Of a DNA stretch of 64,000 bases, positions 50,199 to 63,012 are shown in pieces. This DNA comes from Podarcis melisellensis. Lineage: Eukaryota. Position numbers and translations under genes: made by a program. The DNA is taken from assembly GCA_964234715.1 (NCBI GenBank), contig OZ174279.1; one strand, given 5' to 3'. The first letter of the stretch is position 1. The number at the start of each line of letters is the position of its first letter. The notes under the pieces are model-generated. The model saw only the letters and a program-made list of their open reading frames with translations. It did not search any database and was not told where the DNA came from.

Positions 50199-50204
50199 TT
50201 TAAT
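50199..50204 (-). terminator. Candidate distal LCOR/PALI1 polyadenylation signal (ATTAAA)
   Basis: Minus strand ATTAAA, a CA about 15 nt later, then GU-rich GTATTGGTGTGGTGTG. Confidence 0.45.
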
Positions 50205-50484
50205 AAGCGGCAATAAAGTAAGACTCCTTAGGGCACGCAGAGTACATACACAATGCATAAAGAGGAAGAAGAAACTTGGAAAGAGGCAGAGGTCTAAGCC
50301 TCACCTGCAGCCCCACAGTCTGTAACAAGAATGCGTTCTCTTCCACTGGTGAGTTAATAAAGCACACAGAAAAATCATGGAGCTGTCACTAAAGTAATGG
50401 CAAAGATTCAATACAATTTCCATGGTAAAGTAGCCCTAAGTGTTGTAGGTGTGTCAAACGGGTAGGAAGCCACTGAACAGAACC

Positions 50485-50490
50485 TTTATT
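50485..50490 (-). terminator. Candidate LCOR/PALI1 polyadenylation signal
   Basis: Minus strand reads TGTATATAAAAATAAAGGTTCTGTTCA: AATAAA with an upstream UGUA element. Confidence 0.5.
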
Positions 50491-53400
50491 TTTATATACA
50501 TTTTCAAATGTTACTCAGGTGAGGTATATAAATATTACCTAATGACACATTTTACCAACAATTCACAGCAGACACGCTCTTCTTCTAAAGTCACAGCATT
50601 TCCCAGGGCCCTGAAGGGAATGAGACTCCAACTTAAGCCTTCAAATACCCAACTCATGATCACACACTGGGTTTGGGTGATGTGGACAGTACCAGACCTG
50701 ATGGAAGGGGAATAGAGAGAATAGACCCCCCCAACACACACATTTGGTTCATCAAAATGGGGAAGATAGGAGTCTCTTAGACACAGCAAGTAAAAAATAC
50801 CTGTGCAACACAGAGTGAAGAATGAACTGACTATAAATCAACACAGGAAGTGCAGAACACACCTGCAGTCTTGTTGAGTGCTGTGCAACACACTGATAGA
50901 GGTTCATTCAACTGGGCAGGAGGTTATCCTAAACTTCAAGAATGCCCTTGTGGAAAGGTTGCAAGTCTAACCCCACCTCACCTCGTTTAACAACTTCATC
51001 TGAGAATTGAGGACTTTTATAATGGATATAGGCAGGGCTGAAGCTTTTCAGACGGCAGAAGGAGGTGCAAGCAAAGCAACAAGTTTTCTGGAGCTACATT
51101 AGGAAGCTGCATTGCCATGTTTTCCATAGAAAGAAGAGAGGGGTGATGGGTGAGAATTCTGAATGGCCAAGACAAACAAGAAGAAACAAACCCTTAGGAA
51201 CTTCTACACAAGCCTAATTTTAAAAAGTATGAGATACTGTAATCAAAAAGAGACATTCAAAATAAGACTAATACAACACAGGAGGGAGCAGAGAGCATAG
51301 AAATACTTAATGGTCCAAAGTAATAAAACAAAATAAATTCAGGGAGAGAGAGATGGGGCCCTGTACTCTTTACAACAGCTGGAAACATGGGAAGTGATGA
51401 ATGATTGGCTTAATCTAAAAAAGAAGGGGGGGATGAGCACAGGAAACATCAAACACACAACACAAGAGGTGCTGGTTAGATTACAAGAGTCAGCTATAAA
51501 TGATGCTTAGAGGGCACCATCACTTCCTCCATGTATGCCACTGGCATTTCTTCCATCCTATCCCCAGCAAGAGCTCCCCTTAATTCAGTATCCCTGAGTC
51601 CACCTGCCCAGGTGAATAAGCATGCAGAGATGTTGAAGCAAAATATGTCTCTTTCTCTATGTGGCAAGGCCAGTGAAGAAGGGCAGTCTTCAATGAGATG
51701 TGCACACACATTTACACAAATATCCCCATAAGGACTTAAACATTAATTTGTCACTGAAAACATTATTACTAAAAATTCTTATTGCTCACATGTACTGTCC
51801 CCAAAGAAGCACGTGACAAAGCGGGCTGCCCAGAACTGCACTTTGACTCGCTTCCACAGAAAATGAGATTTTAGATAACCCATGTAATGCTTTTACTCGG
51901 TTTAGGCCCAGTTCTAAGTAATTTCATAAGCCAGGGCCTGGGCTGTTTCACTTCAGATTGCAGGCGAGAGCTCACATGATTGAACACTCTATCATATGAA
52001 AACATTCTCCCACATGCAAAAGCTAGCATATCGGGGAGGATAGGCTAAAACAATTCGCCCCGATAGCGTGCTTTCTATGTGAAAGGGCTTTTAAATATGG
52101 AGTATTCAATTATGTAAGTGTCATTAATATTCATTTGTCTATTCTGGGTATAGCCCAAATGCAACTTCAATGGGAACTAAGTCCTTGATTTTGCAGCATA
52201 AACTCCAGACCAGATGCCAGTCCTCCCCCCCCCCATGTCCAATTATTTTTGCAGTAGGAACCCCCCACCCACCCAAAAAACCATACTACCGGTACATTGC
52301 AAACCAACAGCACACCCAAGACTTATTAGCACAAAGTACAGGAAATAAATATTTTAAAACTATTTACAGTATTCTTCTAGTTTTTGTGACCACCCAGGAA
52401 GAAAAGGCAGCAATTACCCTGCACCTAGGAAAGCATTACAACCGCTAGCTGGATGCTATGTTAACACAGCACCTACTATATATATTTATATATAAACACA
52501 CATATACATATATGTATATATTCACATTGCATTTTAAAGTCACACACAAAAAGCAGATTCTTAAAAAACCTTTGATAAGCATTACAGTGTAAAAAGACCC
52601 ACTTAGGTAAAAGGTCACACACGGGTAACAAAACCCATTCAGACTCCACTCATTTCCACTATTTCTGTGAGAAACAATTCTTAGGGCGACACTTCAAGAG
52701 GGAAGAGTTTTTAAGAAGAGGCCAGAGTCTCCTCTACCTGCAAACCAGAGCTCCTGAGTTCATCTTAGACTAGATAGGGAATTTTTCAGTGACCTAGATA
52801 AATGGGGGGGGGGAGGTTTGGAAATACAAAAGAAACTAACTGACAACAGGGGAGCAAGAAGAAGGCCTAGGGAAGAACATACAAGTGTCTTTTCATTGAG
52901 ATTATCTGTGCCAGGAAGATGCTGCATGGAGATTATCTCTGTGCAGGAAAATAGCATGCATGAAGTGGCCCGAGGCAGTTTAACCCCTCAGAACCCCCTA
53001 TGATCATATATGGGACCTTTCAGGAACACAGGGACCTCGCCCAGATAGCGCCATTCCATGAAATTCAAGAACTAGGCAGAGCTAGATCAGGTGTGCCTGT
53101 AGCAGGGAAGGGAGCAGTGGCAGATGAAGTCCAAGCAAGGACAGAGGTGGGATGTGTGAAAGACTAGGGAGGCACTGGTTTGTAGGCCATTGCATAGCAT
53201 CATCAAATATCTCTTATCTGCATATTTGTTTCTATTTGGTGGGCATGTGGGAACTGAGTGAAGAGAGTTATATTTATAGCAACATTTTTCAGAGGCACTC
53301 ACAGATTTAATGAAGTCCCTTTTCAATTTGTGGAGGAATTCAGTGTAGCACTAAGGAGATTATTCTGTCAACACAAGCATTTCAGCTTTCCAGAAGGAAC

Positions 53401-53722
53401 GATCGCCCTTCTCCCTCCTCCGCTTGCTGTCAATTACCCTGACACACAGCCCCGAGCCAATTTGGGAGGCAGGGAGGAGAGGGGCTAAAAGCCCTGTTGC
53501 GCTCACAGAAGACCTTGTGCTGGCTCCTGCTAGTGGGACTCAATAGTTGAATCCAGCCCAATATTTGGCATTTCCCTTTGGCGCAAGTTAATTCCCCATT
53601 GCTCTGCTGTGCTTCCTGGTGATGAGGAAGAGTGGTACCAACACTGATTTCTGCAACAAAAAGAGAAGCGAGGTACTGGCTACCACCTTTAAAGAGGACA
53701 AAGGCAGAAGACTGTCTTATCA

Positions 53723-53819
53723 AAGCCTCTGCCAAGCTAGTGCCATCTAGATGTTTTGGCTAGGGCAGATAGGAGCTGCAGTCCAAAAAATTTGGTGGGT
53801 AGCAGGCTGGCAAAGGCTG
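53723..53819. mobile_element. Short hAT MITE in the inferred LCOR 3'UTR
   Basis: Imperfect TIRs aagcctctgccaa / tggcaaaggctg; TSD tcttatca / ccttatca. Confidence 0.7.
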
Positions 53820-56800
53820 CCTTATCACATGAGGCTACAAATGGAACAAGGAAATGACTCTGTAGAGAAAAAGATCTTTTCAGCAGCTTCTGGTTTAGAA
53901 GATGAATAGGAATAATTGGCCAGGATGTTGCAGCTCATAATAATAATAATAATAAATGATTAGTGATAAGCCTCAGTAACAGTTTTGTGCAGCTTAAATA
54001 TTCCCCAGACATAGAATGGGAAAAGGGAGATATCATCATTATTCTTACTACTACAAAGCAAAACCCTATGCATAGTGACAGTAATAATGTCAGGAGGAAA
54101 GTGCCATAAATAGCATTCCTGCAGGAGCCACCCAGAAGCTATGACAGAGGAACTGTCCAGAGCTAAAGTTGCTACAAAAGTTTCTCTAAGCATTGTGTGC
54201 CCTGCACCATCAATCCCTGATAATGTGCACAGAAGTTGGGGCTTTCCCTTAAGTACAAGATAACAGCCTTCATTGAAAATTACTGAAAGTAGTAATACTC
54301 TCAACCACAGGGAAAGAAAAGCACTGCACACTTGACCAAGAAGAAGGCTGTTGGGAGAAAATGGAAGCACAACTTATGGAAGATATTTTTGTGAAGAACG
54401 TCTAGTTTGTCTCAGCAAGAAGGGAGGGCAAAGGGCCAGATTTAAAGAGATGAGATATAAAGAGATGAGCAACAGGGCAAGTTATGGGGAATTCTCCGCC
54501 ATACCATCGGGGGGAAGAGGGTCCCTTTTCAAACATGGTGTGTGCTAAAGGAGAGGCTAGGATTCATGATGGCCCATTGCATCTGATGGAAAGAAAACAG
54601 TACAGAGGCTAGTTTTATCCAATAAGCAAAGCCATCCACTCTCTTCTAGGAACGCCCAGGTAGCATGGAAACAAGAATGTGCAAACCACCCCAGTTTGAC
54701 TATACTTGTGAGCAGGGATTTTGCGACAGTACTCACTGGTATCACCTCTTTTTTGCTGTCTGTGGCAGCCATCTTGTGCTGACACCTACCCCACTTTTAT
54801 CAAGACATGAAACTTCATTTTTTACCCCCACAAAAAGCACTGCCTGTAGACCATTTTGGCAATGGGGCCCAAGATGCTTAATCAGTAGAACCTGCCGAGC
54901 ACGTAGAGAGGAGCAGAAACAGAGCCACGGTTAGAGGAACTGAAAAGCCTTTCTTGTCACTATACTGAGTAAGGCTATTACAGTCGCAACCCCAGACTTC
55001 TCCCCTTACTCTCGCAATTCTTTTGCTAGTTTATAACATCACCAGGCCATAGCAACTGTACTACTGCAGATAACCATCAAATCTGGAAAGAGCACTATTT
55101 TTGCTGCAGAAACCAACAGAGGACACACACCCCTTGCAAAAAAAGAAAGAAAAAGAAAGACAAATGCTGAAGAAGTGGACGGATGGGAAACAGTGCGCAG
55201 GAATTAAGCCCCTGCAAAGAGAGGAGCCCAACCCAAGAAGGCTGGTTTCCAAAGTTATATCTACTGGAAGAATTAAGAGTCAAGTTCTCCCTACCACAAA
55301 AGTGTGTTGCAGGGCATCAAAGGGAGAGGAAATGGCCTCTTTGCAATTTACTTAGCGGACAGCATATCAACCTGGCATGTTGGTGACATAGTGTCACTTG
55401 CATGACATAAGGACTGATGCACAGAGCACAGTCTGAAGAATGCCTCCCAACCAGAAGGTAGCTTTGCTTCAATATAAATGATACTAAGCTATCACCATCA
55501 GAATTTATTTTAACAAAACAACAACTCTAAATTGCTTTAAACTACTTGGCTCACTTCTCTCCTCCCCCCCCCCCCAAGCTTACACTAGTCTATTGTCTAC
55601 ATGGCAAAGGCTTGCCTTGCCAGAAGCCACTGGTGCTAGAAGCTGGGATAAATCAACCACTGGACCAAACTCTCTCCAGACCTCACCAAAACACTGCAAG
55701 GCCTGGTCACTGTATTCCAACCTCTCATAAGCAACCTTGCAGAAAAGGTGGGAGGGAAGGGGCAACAGTGAAGCTCTCAAATGCTACACAGGGCTTACAA
55801 AGGGATTCTCTTAAGTTACAGACCACACAAGAAACGCGAAAGCAGAAAGGTGTAGAAATATTTTATTAGCAGTGTCGGGATCAGAATCAGTAGCCAAAAG
55901 TACCACAAGGTGCTCGGCCACCCAGCACTGTGTTAGGAAGCAGCCCTGGGTTGAGGGAGCAGGAAGATTTTACAGCTTTCTGGATGGAGGCGTTTGAAGT
56001 TGGAGAAAAGTAGAGGTGAAAAACCTGACATGCTCACCCTTTCCTCTCTCTCACTCACACATACATGCTCACGCACCACACTTCCTTAAATACCTTTTAA
56101 TACTCCTGGTGGAATGTCTAGCACATTTTATATGTGCAGTTCAAATAGCAATCAGACAAATACGTATCAATCTTTACAGAGAATGCTAGGCCTGACTTAA
56201 TGCTTACAACAATTCATTTTATACAGCATGATTTACATCAAAAGACAGAAGTTAAAAATCAATGATTCAAAAGTATCCATACAAAAAGAGTCCACCCTGA
56301 TGTGTCTTATAGCTTTAGTGCACCCTCTCAAGACACAGACTTGGGTAAGCAGGTGAGCAGGAGGGCTTTGCAGTTCCAGGCGATGCCTCCCAAATCTCTT
56401 TGATCAATGGAACAAATTATACATCTAGTTATTTGTGTTCTGCCTGCAGTAATGAGCTTTGGTATAGGAGTGCCAATGCTAACGCACCCTCCCTCCTTTA
56501 AAAAACAAAATAAAACCAATTTCCTTGCACCTAAGCCTTGTTCTTGCTCCCTAAAGAGTTTGCCTTTCCTTTTATTCTACAAATCCCTCACCAACTGGAA
56601 AGACTGGTTCCAGCCAGTTAATATAATAATGTGTAAAGATGTGTTTGAGTACGTCGATCTCAGATGGTATCCATGGAAAGCGATTCTGAAAGGTCAAGCC
56701 ATTCGAAGGCCTTCGCGGGAAGCTCCTGGGTGCCGCGCACAGCAAGCGAGAGGAAGTTTGCACAAGTTTCTAAGCAAATACCTCTGCCTTTGTTGTGATT

Positions 56801-58319
56801 TAAAGGAAAACTATGGAAATAAATAAAAGGCTGCTTTTCTCTCCAAGCCCAGAGTAGCAGCAACCACTGCCTGTCGCCCAGCAGATGGGTAGCACAAAGT
56901 ACAAGGGGCAGGGAGTTTCCTCTGAGAAAAAAGCTGCTTCCAAATGCTGTCAGATCCAAAACAAATGTTTGCACTGAGAAGGGGACTGTTTGCCTTTCTA
57001 ATAGGTGTTCGTAGAAATACCTTGTCTGAAGACAGATACTTCTTGACCTTTACATAATGCATTGATTAAACTTGCAAGGTGAGGCCTTGCAAGGGAGAGA
57101 GAAGCTTCCTTACTCTTAAGCTGGAACCAAACCACACTTGCAAAAGCACCAGATATTTCTAGTTGCTTCCTTGTTTGCAGCCAGCATTGCCTCATTCTTA
57201 TTTTAATAACAATAATTTTTAAAATCTTTTTGACATACGGCAAACAGGGAAAGATGAAAAAAGAACTTGCAGCAACTGCATAGAAATCATGTAAGTTTAC
57301 AGCAGAGAAGAACCTCTGACTACGGGCGCTTTCCAACATTACTTTTTACAGACCCACAAGATGCATGCAAGCTTCACTTTGGAATGGTTTTTTGTCCATC
57401 TATTTCACTGCTAAAATGTGCTTTCAAGTACCCATATTTCAGGGGTGTTCAGGCCTCACAGTAAAATGGACAGGAATACCACCATTCTGAAATGCATCCA
57501 GGCTTCATTTTAGGACACAGGACCGAAGGCGCCCGCCTGTAAACAACCATGTCAGAAGTGGCAGGCAGTGTGCATGTACTTAATAGGGGAGGGCTCTCTA
57601 TCCAAACAAGCAGTCCAGTTCCTTTCTTGGCTAAGTACAAAGTTGGCTGAGCATGGCTGCCAATCACTGACGCTTCGGAATCAGCATCTTTTTGACACGA
57701 GAGCAAGGCTACGTTACAGCCAAGCCCCAGTTACACAAGATAGTCCAACTGTTCATACCTTAACAACAACACACACCATTCTGACTGACTGACAGGATTA
57801 AAGGATGCAAATGCTTTGGGTTTTGGCTTTATAATGCCCTGCTTGGTTTGAACAGTGCCAGGATGCTACAATGCACAAAAGGAAGAAAATGCTCCTGTGT
57901 GAACCCCAGCAGGTGGGCTGCCAAGGTCTATGGGATGTGCATGAAAGCTGGTTCTCTTTCCATTACAGTTCAAGTGCTTGTGCATTAACTATAAACTGCC
58001 AGCCTTTAAATCACACAGATTAATTTATTCAGTTCCTAAAAGGATAAATAAGGCACTGTACTTCGAACTGAAACTGCCAAACTCCTAGTTCCACTCCAGG
58101 AGGTTTCAGAAGCAGCAACTTTCCTTCTCAAGGGCAGAGAATAATAGCTTCTCCTTCTGGCTGCAACACAGCTAGGGGGCTCCTCATCATCTGAGAGCGG
58201 GGGGTTGGCCTTCAGCTAAACACTTGCCACCCTCCCCACAATGTTCAGAAGTGGATCTGTTTAATGCATTAGGAAGTATTTCTGTGACCCACCTCCTACC
58301 CACCCCCAACCCCAGCCGG

Positions 58320-61300
58320 TTACTTTGCATCCAGACACCTGCGTTTGCTGGGTGAAGAGTCTTTGCTTGCCCTCAGCTTCCTCTTGCCCTGGGCTTTGCT
58401 GCTCTCCTGAATTCGTTTCATTGACCTAGTCAGGGCTTTGCCACTGCTTGCCTTTGGGGCAGCCACTTTGGGAGGTTGGCTGCTGGAGTCGCGCACCACT
58501 TTCTGCTTGGGAGGCTTAGCAAGCCCTTCTTGCCTGGAAGGCAGACTTGCCTTTTGACCGGCCTTGGCTTTCCCCTTCTGGACGGGGGGCTTCCTTTTCC
58601 CAGGTCGCAAGTCATTCAGCTTCTTTGCCTTCTCGTTCCCAGACACAGGCTTATGACTCTTGTCGGCAGCCGCCTGCTTCCTGGTAGCAGGAGGCCCTGC
58701 AGGCTTCGGTTTACTGGCTTTCTTAAGAGGAAGCCTTTCTTTGCTCGAGGTGCTCAACAGCCTCTGTGACCTGCTGCTCTCGGTCGGCGACTTCTTCTTG
58801 GTTTGCTGAAGGTGGCCTTTGGATGAGGTCTCCTCCTGTCCCTTGCCTTTCGCCTTTCGCCCCTTCCCTCCTCTTTCAACCAGGCTTGTCTTAGTCGCAA
58901 GTGGGGGTGCTTGGACCTGCTGGGCCAGTTTCGGAGACACCAGGGGCTTAATGCACAGGCTCTTGCCGCTCGGCTTGCTTTCAGCAGAGGGGTGCTTGGT
59001 CACGCCGTCGTTCTTGTCCTGCTTGGCCACCTTGCGTATGGCGTTGAGCTTGCCTCGCAAGTTGGAGTACTTCCTCAGGATGCGAGAGCTGGTTTGCACA
59101 GGCGTGCTGGGAGGCTGGGCACTCTTGGCTTCGGCTTTGTGTTCCACGCTTGCTTCAGAGGGAGGCGTCTGCTTCGAACTGGCAGCCTGCTCGGGCTCTT
59201 TGTCCTCAGAGCCCTCTCGAAGCTTAGCCCACAGCCTCTGAATCTTGATGGTGTTTTTGGCCGGGGTCATAGCAGCAAACTTCTTCAAGTGTTTCTTCAG
59301 GCGCTCAGCTTGAAGGGAGCTAGGGTAGCTGCCGGAATAACAGCCCTTCTGGAGTGGAAGCTTGATGAGGGGGATGTCCCCTGGGAGACGTGTGTTCATC
59401 TTCTTCACAATGACCAGAGACTTGGTTTCAGTGGTCTCCATAAACCACTTGCAGATGTTGGACATGTCAAACCCCTTCATGAACAGCATCTGAACCGGGG
59501 AGAGCTTCTGGCCTTCCGTGGGCCCTTTTAATTTGCGGGTCCTCTTCTTGCTTTTCCAGATCTCTTTCAGTTTGTCGGATTTATTCTTGACCTTTGGAGC
59601 TGGCTGAGCCTCTTTCTCCAGCTGAATCCACCCTTTCTGGACCTTCATGTACTGAGTGTTAAAGTTAGTGATGAGTTCTTGGTTCTCTTCCTCAGCACAC
59701 CATTCCACAAAACTGGGCTTGTTGTCAGAGAGCACTTCCATGCTACTGAAGCCAACGGTGTCTTCACTCTGTGCATTTTCTTGGTCTGTGACATTAGAGC
59801 CTGCTTTTATAGTCACAGCATTAGAATCTCCTTGTACAGTTTCTTTTCCAGAAGTGTTTTTGGAGGCAGTGGCCACAGGGGTTGGGGCAGGGGTGTGCCT
59901 CAGGTTGTAGAACTGGAGAGCTGGCTTCTTAGATTTTACCAATCTCTCTGGTGGTACAAGCTTGCTTTCACTCCTGCTAACAGAACTGGGCCCATGCTGG
60001 GTGTGCAACTGCTCTGTAACCTCCATCATACTGTCAAAGTTATCTGGAGTGCCTGATGTCAAATCTGACTGCTTTTCACCCTTATCAGAGGTCTTTGCTG
60101 GGACGTGAACACTTCTCCTATCAGAATCACCCTCTAAGCAAATTTCAAGCATTGCCCCTGCCTTGTCCTTGTTTCCTTCTCCATTCTGGTCTTCCTCTAC
60201 TATGGTCTTTTTCGCTAACAGTGTCTGAGAGGCCTGTCCCATTGTGATGTCATTTCTGTCACCTGGCTGCTGCTCAGAAGAATTCCCAATGTTGTTTAGC
60301 AGTGTTTCATGGAACCCGTCATTTGGGAAACACAGCGATGCTGCACCGTCAAGTTGCATCTCCCTCTTGAAACGCTTAGCACCAGGGCTTTTAGAAAGCT
60401 TGATCTGAACTTGAGGAAGCTGTAGAGACATGGAAGAAGTTGATTGCTCAGGACTATCCTCTGCAGATGACAGGGATTGCTGGCTTCGAAGACAGCGATC
60501 AGATACAATCTGAGGCTTTTTCTCCCGCTTTCGTTTTTTGTCCAGGCTTGTTTTGGAAGAAGCTCCCTCCTTGTTGTCCACTTCTGATGTTTGGGGCACT
60601 GCTGGAGCTTCGCTATCAAGTTCCTTTCCATCATCCACCTTGCTTGTTTCACTTGTATCTTTTACTGTTCCCTCTTCCCAATCTTCATCATTATCTGCAA
60701 CAGGCAACACAGTCTCACTTTCCCCAGAGTGGATTCCACCTGAGTCCAAAATCCCTTCAATGCTATTTTGAGTATTAATACTTTCATGTGCATCTGCACC
60801 CTGCAAGCTGCCAGGGAGCTCTGCAGCATCCAAGTCAGGAAGTGACTGTGAGAGCTCCATATCTAACTTGCCAGGTCCCACCACCAGAGATTCTATAGAA
60901 GGAGCCCCTGAAGGAGCCTCTCGGTCAATATGGGCAGGAGGCTCAGATACCACAATACCAGAAGACACTGCCCTTGAACTGGCAACAGGCTCCCCTGGAC
61001 ACATACGCTCTGGGATAGGAGGGAGTTCTCCAGGGAGGGCTATGGAAGGCTCCAGACGGACAAGGGCAGGAGGTTCTGCCAGGTCTATAGGGGAAAGAAG
61101 TGGGGGTTCCACATCGGAAGGGAGTTCTACAAATGGTGGCAAGTGTTCAACAGGGGCAGGTTCCTCCAGTGGAGGCATCAAGTCCATTCCAGGGGAAAGG
61201 TCTTCAGGGGGCTGAAGGGCCATGCTGTCAGGAGGCACCTGGTCTGGAAGAATGGAAGGCTCAGGGATAGCCTCGGTCTCTGAGAACATGGCACTTTCCT

Positions 61301-63012
61301 CACCACTGGCAACCTCTGAAGCAGACAACACCACAGATTCTCCTGTGTTGCCACTGTCTTCATTGGGTCTGCTACTCTTCCAAGAGTCTGTGCCATTGCC
61401 AGCCTTCTGCACAGTGTCCATGTCCATTTCGTCCTGTGGCTCCCCTTTGTTCAGTTGGCAGGGAGAGACAAGAGTGGTCTGCAGTGAAGAATTGGACAGG
61501 CTGCCTTTCTCTACACGCAAAACAAGGCCGGGTGGCGGGGAGAGAGCAATTGTGGATGTTTCAGCAGAACTGTCTCCTCTCTCCTTCACAAAACTTACCT
61601 CAGGAGTGGCCTTCTCAGCCAGACAAATCTCATCTCTCTCCTGAGTACTGCTGTTGGAGGCATCTCCTTGAGGGATGGCCACAGCAGGTCTTTTGTCACC
61701 ATCGCCACTCATGGCCTGGGCTGCTGCTAAGCAGCTATCACTTGGAAGAGAAGCTCCCTGGCTAGGGCTTGTCAGTACCTCAGGCCTTGGTGCCAGTGTG
61801 TTCCCACTCTCCTGTACATGGGAAGTCTTGGCCAAGGTACGAACTGTGGGAATCTCACAGCACTCACCGTTGTAGTAGTATCCACGAGTGCTCTTCCTTG
61901 CCGTCTTCCTAGAGGAGACCACCCTCTTGCTCTCAAAGTGGCACTCTGTAATTGGCTGGCTGATATAAACAACATCGCATTGGTTGTCATAGTCATTAAT
62001 TCTCAACCCTGAAGGCCTTTTGCTCTTACGTGTGCTTTTGGTGGAGGATGAGTTACTCTTGGTCCTGGAGTGTCCATTGGTGGTTTTGTGGTGAACCACT
62101 GGCACAGGGCTATTGGATAGCCAGCCGTCCTTGGCATTCTCCACATGGGTCTTGTCAACAGGTTGCATGTTATAGCTCCCCTTGCTTTTCCCTGAAGCCT
62201 GGAGGTGGTTCTCTGCCTTCAGTCTTGCTTCTTGGTCATTCATTTCAGTATCCGGGTGCAAAGAGGCTTTGGAGCTGCACTGCAAGGCATTCTCTTTGTC
62301 TGCTCTCCTAGGGGAGTTGGTGGTGAAGCCTGGCTCTCGTGTTTCCTCTGGGAAAGCTTTAAAAGTGTTCTTCTGGGAGCCCACCAGACCGTCTTCACTC
62401 ATGTGCATGTTTGTTGCTTTCACAGCATTGTAGCCTCCCAGCAAAGCTCTATTTTGCACCTGGTCTTTGTCATCCTCACCTTTCCTACCCCCCATCTCTT
62501 GGTCACTACCAAGGGCTTGGCCTTCCAGACTTTTAGCAGAGTGATGGGAATTGGAAGCAGTGAGGTATCCTTGAGAGGGACTGTCCCTGGGACTTGCAGA
62601 ACTTGTTCTAACGCTAGGAAGCTCAGGGAAGTCTCTTCGGACAACTGGACTGCAGTTTTCCCTTCTATCTGTAGATTTCAGATCCACAGCCTGCTTCAGG
62701 GCATGGCAAAGTTTGCGCAGAGAGCCATGAGACCCTGATTGCTCTGTGTCCAGGGAAGAAGGGAGCTTTGATTCAGAGCAAGAAGTTCCAAGCTCCTGGT
62801 TCTCAGTGCGATACTGGCTGCAGCCAGAGCTACAAGTGGACACATCCATGTTTTCTGCTCCAGGTAACTGCTGTCCCTCACAGCCTGTCTGTACTTCAGT
62901 GCAAATGTCGTTTAGGACACGGACGAAGTGCTTCTGATGGTACGTGCACAGTCTGACCATAAATTTTTCCAATGGAGATTTCGGCTGGCCAAGACAATCT
63001 GCAGCGTCCTCA
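58320..63012 (-). CDS. LCOR: LCOR PALI1/C10orf12 isoform terminal coding exon (1563 codons plus stop), PRC2-associated PIP domain
   Basis: Long open ORF with a pyrimidine-rich acceptor TTCTCTCTCCCTCTCTCTAG| at 63013. Conserved blocks KSPLEKFMVRLCT, SGLRINDYDNQCDVVYISQPITECHFE, RKTARKSTRGYYYNGECCE, YMKVQKGWIQLEKE, ICKWFMETTETKSL, SLQAERLKKHLKKF. Confidence 0.96.

Noticed and set aside
58476-62956. Many + strand ORFs (up to 206 aa) overlapping PALI1
   Set aside because: Expected antisense shadows of a long coding exon
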